64,000 nucleotides of DNA, from positions 91,058 to 155,057 of IMG/VR virus record IMGVR_UViG_3300032893_000004; one strand, given 5' to 3'. Positions within the stretch are counted from its first letter, which is position 1; every line of letters starts with the position of its first letter. The position numbers and the translations under genes are program-made. A model generated the notes under the pieces. It was not told where the DNA came from. It was given only the letters and a program-made list of their open reading frames with translations, and did not search any database. The stretch comes from a virus. Positions 56,834 to 64,000 of this stretch are shown one piece after another.

Positions 56834-57522
56834 CGCGAAACAACATATCGGACAATTTCGAAGCCTGCTATCTGCGAGAGAATTCTGCCAGGAAAGCCTT
56901 CGCGAACGCCGCCTCCAAGGATCTGATGGCCGACAAAGAATTCGACAAGTGTGTGAATTACATCACCAAGATGACTTTTTCGACCAACCGAGACATGCTC
57001 ATGCGTCACGGATTCGACTTCGAGGACATGCTGAGCGTGGTTCGAGTTCTTGGCCTGCAGTTCGTCAACAGCGAATTCGATGCTCGTTCCAAAAAAGACT
57101 ATTATTACGTGATGATGCACGGCATCAATCAAAAATTGACCAACTTTTACGGTTTTCTGGATCGTAAATTCCGGATATCTGAGAGCCATCTAGATCTATC
57201 GCTCGATGACGTTTTCAGCTCTTTCATCGCAGACGGGAAGGACTACCCGATCGAAGCGCCGCTGGCCGTGGAGGAAGAGTCCGCCCCAGAGCCGCTCTGG
57301 GTGCGCAAGGCACGCCGCCAGAATCTACGCAGTATTCTAGAGGAAAACATCGGTGACTATGCCGACAAGCTGTCAGAACTAGCCACCCTCAAGCTGACCG
57401 AATTCGAAATACGAAAAAAGGCTAGGTCAATCTGCAAGAAACATGGTATAGACTATATTGCCTGGGCTAGAAATCAGATCGAAACCAGGAATCTGAGTAC
57501 ACACGACTTCGTGCTGGACTAG
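56830..57522 (+). CDS. Possible divergent sigma region 2-like protein
   Basis: FDFEDMLSVVRVLGLQF..FD..YYYVMMHGINQKLTN; LSLDD. Confidence 0.4.
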   Translation: MTRNNISDNFEACYLRENSARKAFANAASKDLMADKEFDKCVNYITKMTFSTNRDMLMRHGFDFEDMLSVVRVLGLQFVNSEFDARSKKDYYYVMMHGINQKLTNFYGFLDRKFRISESHLDLSLDDVFSSFIADGKDYPIEAPLAVEEESAPEPLWVRKARRQNLRSILEENIGDYADKLSELATLKLTEFEIRKKARSICKKHGIDYIAWARNQIETRNLSTHDFVLD

Positions 57523-57543
57523 CCGAATCAAAAAGGAGAATGT

Positions 57544-58023
57544 ATGGAAATCAGTATCAAGACAAGCGCGATAGTACTCGCGGTCGCCGTCGCAGCTTCA
57601 TTCTGCGTTGGTCGATACTCTACCCCGAGCAAAGTCGTCACAAAGACTCAGACGGTCGCGGCCCAGACGGATGACAGCGTCACGAACGTGGCGGACGACA
57701 AAGATGAAACGATCGACAAGACGATCGAAAAAGACGGTACGATCAAGGAAGAAATCCACATCACGGACAAGACCGATTCTACAACCACTGACCAGAAAAC
57801 ATCTACGACCACTTCGAACACCGAAACGACCAAGACGAATTTGAACGCGGAGTGGAACGTATCAGCGCTGGCCACGCCGAGCAGGCTGGACGATGTTCTG
57901 ATCAATACCGGCTCCATGGCATACGGCATTCACGTGCAGCGTCGGATAATTGGTCCGTTCAGCATCGGCGTATTCGGTTTGTCCAACAAAGTGTACGGTC
58001 TTTCAGTCGGAGCCAGTTTCTGA
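57544..58023 (+). CDS. Membrane-anchored protein, spanin-like candidate
   Basis: N-terminal TM helix, Thr/Lys-rich stalk, C-terminal beta strands ending in Phe. Confidence 0.45.
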   Translation: MEISIKTSAIVLAVAVAASFCVGRYSTPSKVVTKTQTVAAQTDDSVTNVADDKDETIDKTIEKDGTIKEEIHITDKTDSTTTDQKTSTTTSNTETTKTNLNAEWNVSALATPSRLDDVLINTGSMAYGIHVQRRIIGPFSIGVFGLSNKVYGLSVGASF

Positions 58024-58832
58024 AACGAATATCCGACACACTCTTCGTAGCTTTCTTCCTGCTAGCGACCATGGTTCTCACTTCGCTCGAAGCGCCAGAC
58101 GCGCACCGCATGCTTCTGCGGCAGTACATGTCTAGAAAAGTAGTCATGCTGGCTGACAAGAACGAACCTTCCTTTCCGAACGGCGAAGGTGGGACAGGCT
58201 TTTACGTGACCGCTCCTTCCGGAAAGACATATATCATGACCAACAGGCACGTTTGCCAAACCACCAGCGCTGGGTCGCTGTGGGCTTCCGCCGGAGATCA
58301 GGGCGAAAAGCAGATACAGATTCTTGTCGTTTCTGACGAATCCGATCTGTGTCTGCTGGAAACACCAACTGACGAGTCTGGTCTATCGTTCGCGCCCGGT
58401 GTATCAGCAGGACAACAGATCTACTATGCAGGCCACCCTGATCTCAATCCGTTTACGTTCACGATGGGCGAGGCAGTCGGCATAACGCAAGAAACCGTCG
58501 GCATCGGCGTCATAGGCAAAGATATTCAACTAGCAGATTGCCAAACGATGAAGGATAGCTTCATCTCGCGCGTGTCGCAGTACGAAGAAATTTTTGAAAA
58601 TTATCCATTCCTCCGAGAAAGTCCCATTTTTCCGAAGACAAAAACGGTTGACTTATGCTTCGAAAAGGACGATGCTTTGATAACGACTCTGCAGATATAT
58701 TCAGGGGCATCCGGAGGGCCCGTTACGGATTTCCTCGGAAGACTCGTAGGAGTCGCATATGCTACTGGTCCAACGAATTGGGCATACGCGGTACCACTTT
58801 CAGCTGTTCGCAAAATTTTAAAAGGGAGATAA
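58020..58832 (+). CDS. Trypsin-like (S1) serine protease with N-terminal signal/anchor; start uncertain
   Basis: GTGF, MTNRHVC, DLCLL, GASGGPV. Confidence 0.85.
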   Translation: MKRISDTLFVAFFLLATMVLTSLEAPDAHRMLLRQYMSRKVVMLADKNEPSFPNGEGGTGFYVTAPSGKTYIMTNRHVCQTTSAGSLWASAGDQGEKQIQILVVSDESDLCLLETPTDESGLSFAPGVSAGQQIYYAGHPDLNPFTFTMGEAVGITQETVGIGVIGKDIQLADCQTMKDSFISRVSQYEEIFENYPFLRESPIFPKTKTVDLCFEKDDALITTLQIYSGASGGPVTDFLGRLVGVAYATGPTNWAYAVPLSAVRKILKGR

Positions 58833-58833
58833 C

Positions 58834-59268
58834 ATGAACTCGCACAAGCCACTCGGTACGAACCCTAAAGATCTGCTCGGCGCTAAGAAGATCAACCTTC
58901 ATCTCGTCCCGCCAGCTTCGATCATCTACCAGGCGTTGGCCATGGAAGACGGAGCGGTCAAGTACGGCCCGTACAACTGGCGCGGAAACAAGGTCGTCTG
59001 CACGATCTACCTCGACGCGGCCATGCGGCACATCCTATCGTTTTTGGACGGCGAGGAGTTCGCCGCCGACTCAAAGAAGCCGCACCTCGCGCATGCTCTC
59101 GCTTGCCTCGGTATCATCGTAGATGCGCTTGAAACCGGCAACTTGGTCGACGATAGGCCGGCAGCCGGAGCTGCAGCCGCTATTATCGCCAGATTGGAAC
59201 ATTTAAAGAAATCCGGAGGCCCGGTGGCAGGGGCGAAGACGGGGCCAGAACCTGGAGTTACCGGATGA
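58834..59268 (+). CDS. dATP/dGTP diphosphohydrolase domain protein (DUF5664-type)
   Basis: TNPKD..G..K, GAVKYGPYNWR, YLDAAMRH, DS..PHLAHA. Confidence 0.88.
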   Translation: MNSHKPLGTNPKDLLGAKKINLHLVPPASIIYQALAMEDGAVKYGPYNWRGNKVVCTIYLDAAMRHILSFLDGEEFAADSKKPHLAHALACLGIIVDALETGNLVDDRPAAGAAAAIIARLEHLKKSGGPVAGAKTGPEPGVTG

Positions 59269-59468
59269 ACTTCAAGGTATTGGCAAAAATCTTGCCTCAT
59301 CCGTCCATCAAGACAGCCGTCGAAGTCGAGATGACGAAGGGTGGCGAGCCAGCCGGCCACGGTTCGGTCAATTTAGCCACTCTAGCTGAGAGCGTCGAAA
59401 GCGCTAAGAAGCTGATAAAAAACCATTATCCGAGCATCTCGGAGGATGATATCCGTGTTCTCGTATAG
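59265..59468 (+). CDS. Hypothetical protein
   Basis: ATGA overlap; GGAG SD. Confidence 0.55.
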   Translation: MNFKVLAKILPHPSIKTAVEVEMTKGGEPAGHGSVNLATLAESVESAKKLIKNHYPSISEDDIRVLV

Positions 59469-59469
59469 T

Positions 59470-59673
59470 ATGGTTGCCAAAGAAATCGAGATGTTGTTCG
59501 AGCAGGCCGGCTTCACTAAGACCGCCGCGTTCGAAGCGATGATGCATGCCAATAACATGAACGAGGATATGTGCGCCCACAAGATAAAAGACTTGGAAGC
59601 TTTCACGAAACAGTTGCAGCAGAAGATTACCGATCTGAAGAACAAGATCGAATATATTAAGCAGCACCCGTAA
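59470..59673 (+). CDS. Hypothetical coiled-coil protein
   Basis: ORF in the operon. Confidence 0.5.
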   Translation: MVAKEIEMLFEQAGFTKTAAFEAMMHANNMNEDMCAHKIKDLEAFTKQLQQKITDLKNKIEYIKQHP

Positions 59674-59682
59674 AGAGAAACT

Positions 59683-60111
59683 ATGGACTGGACGAACCCG
59701 ACAGATCATGTGACCGACCATTTCACGGTCAACGACTGCTTGATGCTCCACAATTGGAACCGGCTCGCTACCGAAGCCGACGGTGCCGACTTCGACAAGC
59801 TAACCATTCTTTGCCAGAAGCTAGAAGAAGTGCGAGCTGCGCTCGGCGCTCCTATGTCAGTTCACTGTATGTTTCGTTCGACTCAGTACAACATTGCCCA
59901 AGGCATTCTTCTCCCGACCGGAAAGGACGTTCATACTCAAAATCTCGCTTGCGATTTTGATTGCAACAGTACCATGTCGATTCAAGATGTGAAAGATAAA
60001 CTTGAACCTCTACTCGACCAGCTTGATATCAGAATGGAACGAGGGACTGCAACTTGGGTTCACGTTGATCTGAGAGCGCCTGGACCTTCCGGACGCTACT
60101 TCACGCCTTAA
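59683..60111 (+). CDS. Peptidase M15 (endolysin candidate)
   Basis: FRS..YN, H-x6-D (HTQNLACD), WVHVD. Confidence 0.85.
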   Translation: MDWTNPTDHVTDHFTVNDCLMLHNWNRLATEADGADFDKLTILCQKLEEVRAALGAPMSVHCMFRSTQYNIAQGILLPTGKDVHTQNLACDFDCNSTMSIQDVKDKLEPLLDQLDIRMERGTATWVHVDLRAPGPSGRYFTP

Positions 60112-60123
60112 AATGAGAATATC

Positions 60124-60151
60124 TTGATCTGGATGTCAGACCTGATATAAT
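60124..60151 (+). promoter_or_regulatory. Promoter TTGATC-N16-TATAAT with extended TG, probably leaderless
   Basis: ATG 60157 follows 5 nt after the -10. Confidence 0.6.
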
Positions 60152-60156
60152 GGGTC

Positions 60157-60375
60157 ATGGCAAAGATGATGAAGATGGGCGATGTGATGCACGAGATCGA
60201 ACGCATCATCGGCGGTCAGATGATCGAGAAGCACGACCTCCAAAAGGGCGAAGTGCTCGCTCTCATCTCCAAGTACATTGACATCCACTATCCAGGTGCG
60301 ATAGAAGAGTACGAGGATGGGTCTAGGCCTGTCGAATATTATGGGCCGAAAGAAGGACTGAAGAATGCTGGATAG
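60157..60375 (+). CDS. Hypothetical protein
   Basis: ORF after a promoter. Confidence 0.6.
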   Translation: MAKMMKMGDVMHEIERIIGGQMIEKHDLQKGEVLALISKYIDIHYPGAIEEYEDGSRPVEYYGPKEGLKNAG

Positions 60376-60664
60376 AGAAATCGAAAAATGGTTCTACGGC
60401 ATCGGCGGACTGGCCGCCGGCATCGGCGTGATGCTGTTCTACATCGCGTTCCTGCAGTATCGTCCTCCTACGCCGCCGGAAGCCGACGAACTTGCTTCGA
60501 TGATGCAGACTATTAAAAACCAGCAACATACCGACGAGCAAGAGATGGAAAGTTTTCGCCGGCACGTCGAAGACATGAACGATAAGATGATAGTCATAAC
60601 CGGATCGATGGAAGACGATATTGCCCAGATCCGGACCAGGATGGATTCCAAGGAGTCTAAATGA
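60365..60664 (+). CDS. Hypothetical TM plus coiled-coil protein
   Basis: Hydrophobic N-terminus. Confidence 0.55.
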   Translation: MLDREIEKWFYGIGGLAAGIGVMLFYIAFLQYRPPTPPEADELASMMQTIKNQQHTDEQEMESFRRHVEDMNDKMIVITGSMEDDIAQIRTRMDSKESK

Positions 60665-60903
60665 GATATCTGGCGTTCGCTCTATTCTTCTTTACATCGG
60701 CCAGAGCGGTTACATGTCGTGTGCTGGAAGGCTCCGGTGGTGCAGGGTCGGCTACTACCAAAATAGAGGCTTCTAAGATCGCGTGGAAAGAATGCATCGC
60801 GAATAAGATTTCTGAACGCGAGCGACTTCGAGGTCCGTCGGCCGAAGAAGATGCGCTGGCCGACGCAGAAGCTTGCGTGAACGCCAAGCTGGAGTGTAGA
60901 TGA
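60661..60903 (+). CDS. Small exported Cys-containing protein
   Basis: Signal-peptide-like N-terminus; four Cys; AAGGAG SD. Confidence 0.6.
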   Translation: MRYLAFALFFFTSARAVTCRVLEGSGGAGSATTKIEASKIAWKECIANKISERERLRGPSAEEDALADAEACVNAKLECR

Positions 60904-61376
60904 AAACGTACGAGATTCTCAAAGACGGTCACGAGCTTCTAGGCAAGAAGTGTTCTCAGGTTGAAAAGTTTAAGGACGTAGACCTGCGCGATCAGGTCAA
61001 CAGAATGTTCGAGACGATGGATAAGTTCAACGGTATAGGTCTGGCCGCCAACCAAGTCGGCCTGCTGAATCGAGTGCTGGTTGTGAATACCCGGAAGATG
61101 TTGGACGAGAACAAAAAGCCGGTCGCTGGCGGCTGGCGCGGGGTCATGATCAATCCGACGGTCGAATTTTTGAACGACGAGTTGATCGCCGACGAAGAAG
61201 GATGCCTTTCGTTCCCAGGCGTTAGACTGTCCGTGCGTCGCACTCTGGCGATCAATGTATCTTGGCAGAATCTAGACGGCTATATTCAAGAAAAAGAATT
61301 CTTCGGCATCACCGCCCGCTGCATCCTGCATGAATTCGATCATCTCAACGGTATCACTTTCCGTCAGAGGGTCTAA
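60900..61376 (+). CDS. def: Peptide deformylase
   Basis: GIGLAANQVG, EGCLS, HEFDHLNG. Confidence 0.96.
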   Translation: MKTYEILKDGHELLGKKCSQVEKFKDVDLRDQVNRMFETMDKFNGIGLAANQVGLLNRVLVVNTRKMLDENKKPVAGGWRGVMINPTVEFLNDELIADEEGCLSFPGVRLSVRRTLAINVSWQNLDGYIQEKEFFGITARCILHEFDHLNGITFRQRV

Positions 61377-62140
61377 TGGACAAAGAGTTCGTCAGCGGCA
61401 TGAGGAAAGCCGGGAAGCTCGCAGCGCGTACGCTGGCCCATACCATCAAGCACGCCGTGGCCGGTGTGACTACGAACGACCTCGACAAGATCGCGTCAGA
61501 CTTCACGCTGTCCAACGGGGGTACGAACGCGTGTGTCGGTTACGGAGGCTATCCCAAAGCCATATGCACTTCCGTAAACGAGGTAATGTGTCACGGAGTG
61601 CCGGACGACCGTTTTCTCGTACAGGACGATACGCTCAACATCGACGTGACCGTTAAAGTCGGTCCGTATCACGGCGACTGCTCGGCCACCATCGGTATAG
61701 GGGCTCTTCCGGCACGCGCAGCAGCGGTCATCCAGGCCGCTCTAGAGGCCCGCGACGCAGGCATCCGAGCCATCAGGCCGTTCGGAAAGACCGGCGATAT
61801 CGGATTCGCTACCGAATCGCTGATCTATCGCAAGTTTCCGCAGTTTTATCTGGTAAAGGATATCGGCGGCCACGGGATCGGCAAGATATTCCACGATCAT
61901 CCGTTCGTGCCGGCACACGGCAAGTTCGGCACAGGCGACGTCCTGAAACCTTGGACCTGCATCACCGTAGAGCCGATCGTTTGGGAGAACCAAGGCTACA
62001 AGGCCGTGGACATAGCACCTCTCCCTGGGCACGAGAAGTGCAAGGTGAAGATGTACGTCTGCCCGAAAGGATTGTCCGCGCAGTTCGAGCATACCGTGCT
62101 GGTGACCGACAAAGGATACGAGGTCTTGACGGTCGAATGA
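61376..62140 (+). CDS. map: Methionine aminopeptidase type I
   Basis: CTSVNEVMCHGVP, NIDV, GDCS, GHGIG..FH, TVEP, AQFEHT. Confidence 0.96.
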   Translation: MDKEFVSGMRKAGKLAARTLAHTIKHAVAGVTTNDLDKIASDFTLSNGGTNACVGYGGYPKAICTSVNEVMCHGVPDDRFLVQDDTLNIDVTVKVGPYHGDCSATIGIGALPARAAAVIQAALEARDAGIRAIRPFGKTGDIGFATESLIYRKFPQFYLVKDIGGHGIGKIFHDHPFVPAHGKFGTGDVLKPWTCITVEPIVWENQGYKAVDIAPLPGHEKCKVKMYVCPKGLSAQFEHTVLVTDKGYEVLTVE

Positions 62141-62694
62141 TCTACAAACTGCTGGCGTGCTTACGCAATCTCTTGACTAACCAGAATTTTAACGGCCATG
62201 ACATCTATAACTATCGGGATGATTCGAAGCATGACTTTTACTATATCATTCTGGCCAAACCTTCGGTCGATAAGAATATCGTCAAATACCTGAACGCCAG
62301 CATGGAACTTTCCGCTCAGTGGCTGCTGGATCCGGTAATCGCGAAGTCCAACGATCTGGAATGTCTGTGGACCGTTAACGATTCGACCGGCGATATCCAG
62401 TCGCACTGGATCGGATACGGTAGGTTGAAGTTACCCGGCATCGTCAACGCGATCCAATACAGTCTGTCGGATCTAGAAACAGCCGTGAATCAGTACATGC
62501 AGAATACCGTGGCAGGTTGGCACGGTTATCTTCCGATCGGCGACGGCAACGACTTAGAGATGGAAGACGAAGTCACCAAGCCGATCATGATCTGCGACTG
62601 CGGTGCGCACAAGTGCGGGTACGCAGATACGGATCTTCACGGCCACGGCTCGTGGTGCAAGGTTCACGAGGTGTATAGTGATAAAAAGAATTAA
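62137..62694 (+). CDS. Hypothetical protein with C-terminal Cys/His cluster
   Basis: ATGA overlap with map; CDCG..C..H..WC. Confidence 0.55.
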   Translation: MIYKLLACLRNLLTNQNFNGHDIYNYRDDSKHDFYYIILAKPSVDKNIVKYLNASMELSAQWLLDPVIAKSNDLECLWTVNDSTGDIQSHWIGYGRLKLPGIVNAIQYSLSDLETAVNQYMQNTVAGWHGYLPIGDGNDLEMEDEVTKPIMICDCGAHKCGYADTDLHGHGSWCKVHEVYSDKKN

Positions 62695-63103
62695 GTGCGG
62701 TCAGAAGGTATTCGGAGTCGATATCGATGAAACGCTCGTACTGATGGAGATATTCGAGAACGGTATTCCGGACTGGGTAGATCCGAAATCGATTCTATGG
62801 CTGACTTCCAAAACAGGCGTAAAGGTCCCGACACTCCCGCACGCCAGGCACATCGCTATCGTCAAGCAGTTCGCCGCGAGAGACTTCACGCTGGTGGCGT
62901 GGTCTGCAGGCGGCGAAGAATGGGCGTACAAAGTGGTGATGGCTCTCGGGCTAGAACACGAGTTCACGTACTCGATGTCCAAGTTTGACTGGATCATGGA
63001 CGACAAGCCTGCATCAGCATTCTTGCCGGAGACGAATCGCATTTACCGCCATCTTTTCGATAAGTTGAAGGATTCTGGTCCAAAACTTGACGAGATCGAA
63101 TGA
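62678..63103 (+). CDS. HAD-superfamily phosphatase
   Basis: DIDETL, WSAGG, K..MDD; GTG 62678 with GAGGTG SD. Confidence 0.75.
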   Translation: MIKRIKCGQKVFGVDIDETLVLMEIFENGIPDWVDPKSILWLTSKTGVKVPTLPHARHIAIVKQFAARDFTLVAWSAGGEEWAYKVVMALGLEHEFTYSMSKFDWIMDDKPASAFLPETNRIYRHLFDKLKDSGPKLDEIE

Positions 63104-63122
63104 CTGTGAGACACTGCTGATT

Positions 63123-64000
63123 ATGAAATACATACTGTTCGCGTTGTTCTTCGTGCACAGCGTTGCGTCTGCGACTCCGATTGAAGCCACAAAAGCCGCT
63201 AACGGATGGCCGGTGGTCAATCGGACAGAACCGGTTACGTCCAAAACGATAAAGGTGGCAGTCATCGACACCGGCGCCCAGATAACTCACCGTGGGATCA
63301 AGGAGCACTTGTGTGAAAATCCAGGTGAGACGGGCAAGGATGCACGAGGTCGCGACAAGGCGAACAATCACATCGACGACGACGGCAACGGCTTCATCGA
63401 CGACGTGTACGGCTGGAACTTCGTCGACAACGACAACGACCTCACCGATAAGCACGGCCACGGTACGCACGTCGCCGGCATCATAGCCGAGTATGCTGGT
63501 TCAGCGGACTACTGTCTCATGATCCTGAGGTACTATGATCCTAAGTCTAACGAATCCCACAATCTTACCAACACTGTGAAGTCTATACAGTATGCCAAGA
63601 AGATGGGCGCGTCGATTATCAACTACTCTGGCGGCGGGCTGGCTCCGGCGAACGACGAGCGAACCGCTGTCACGGAGTTCATGGACAACGGCGGCATCTT
63701 CGTAGCTGCAGCCGGCAACGAACGGTCAGACATCAACGTCAAGAAATACTACCCCGCCTCCTACGAATCTAGGATCGTAGCAGTATCGGCGAACGATAAG
63801 GGAGGCGCAGTCATCCCATCGTCGAATTATTCCGGGGAATTGGCGGAAGACAGGAAAGTCGATACCATCAAGCCTGGCGACAAGAAGGTGGAGTACGAAC
63901 TGGGCAACAATGTCTATTCTACTTTACCGGACGACAAGTGGGGTCTCATGACCGGCACTTCTCAAGCCACCGCCATCATGACCGGTAACTTGACGAGTCG
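63123..64000 (+). CDS. Subtilisin-like S8 protease with signal peptide (3' partial; absent from the ORF track)
   Basis: Manual translation: MKYILFALFF.., VAVIDTG, HGHGTHVAG, AAAGN, MTGTSQAT. Confidence 0.92.
   Translation, partial: MKYILFALFFVHSVASATPIEATKAANGWPVVNRTEPVTSKTIKVAVIDTGAQITHRGIKEHLCENPGETGKDARGRDKANNHIDDDGNGFIDDVYGWNFVDNDNDLTDKHGHGTHVAGIIAEYAGSADYCLMILRYYDPKSNESHNLTNTVKSIQYAKKMGASIINYSGGGLAPANDERTAVTEFMDNGGIFVAAAGNERSDINVKKYYPASYESRIVAVSANDKGGAVIPSSNYSGELAEDRKVDTIKPGDKKVEYELGNNVYSTLPDDKWGLMTGTSQATAIMTGNLTS

Larger units (their letters stand above)
1..64000. mobile_element. Segment of a large tailed dsDNA bacteriophage genome
   Basis: Terminase, portal, prohead protease, scaffold, capsid and a phage-type replisome are all present, with no host housekeeping context or integrase in the window. 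Confidence 0.95.

Noticed and set aside
58834-59268. Calling this a Z-genome phage
   Set aside because: No purZ or datZ in the window
27-63486. Many antisense or overlapping ORFs in the track (e.g. 919..1698, 25314..26072, 55159..55944, 62994..63470)
   Set aside because: They shadow well-supported genes and show no recognisable motifs
1-64000. Stop-codon recoding
   Set aside because: Long genes are intact under code 11, and TAA, TAG and TGA all end genes

Overview
The whole 64 kb reads as part of a large tailed dsDNA phage genome. It is gene-dense, uses genetic code 11, and I saw no rRNA, tRNA or CRISPR. Two arms diverge at about 38.35 kb. The left arm (minus strand) carries a replication initiator with an internal iteron origin, DnaB-like and SF2 helicases, a sigma factor lacking region 4.2, GroES-like, SbcD, terminase, portal, a gpF-like head protein, a GIY-YIG endonuclease, the prohead protease, a 2191-aa repeat protein, the scaffold and a Herelleviridae-type major capsid protein. 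An accessory block (CYTH, ligase, DEDDh exonuclease, DUF932, ClpP) and neck genes follow. The right arm (plus strand) carries GroEL, SbcC, RuvC-like, a metallophosphoesterase, HNH, DnaE, a gp32-like SSB, RecA/UvsX, primase, lysis candidates, a dATP/dGTP diphosphohydrolase, peptide deformylase plus Met aminopeptidase, a HAD phosphatase and a subtilisin. The best candidate for an undescribed system is a capsid-cargo kinase module. The prohead protease is fused, through a near copy of the major capsid protein N-terminal arm, to a PI3/PI4-kinase/HipA-like domain. A second related kinase, missing from the ORF track (<1..1094), lies among the neck genes. Both carry the [LIM]xK[AST] motif shared by the head proteins. 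Also notable are a tiered promoter set with a late motif GCCTAATCTT, a possibly split sigma factor, and probable non-AUG starts. All family calls come from motif recognition by eye; no database search was run.
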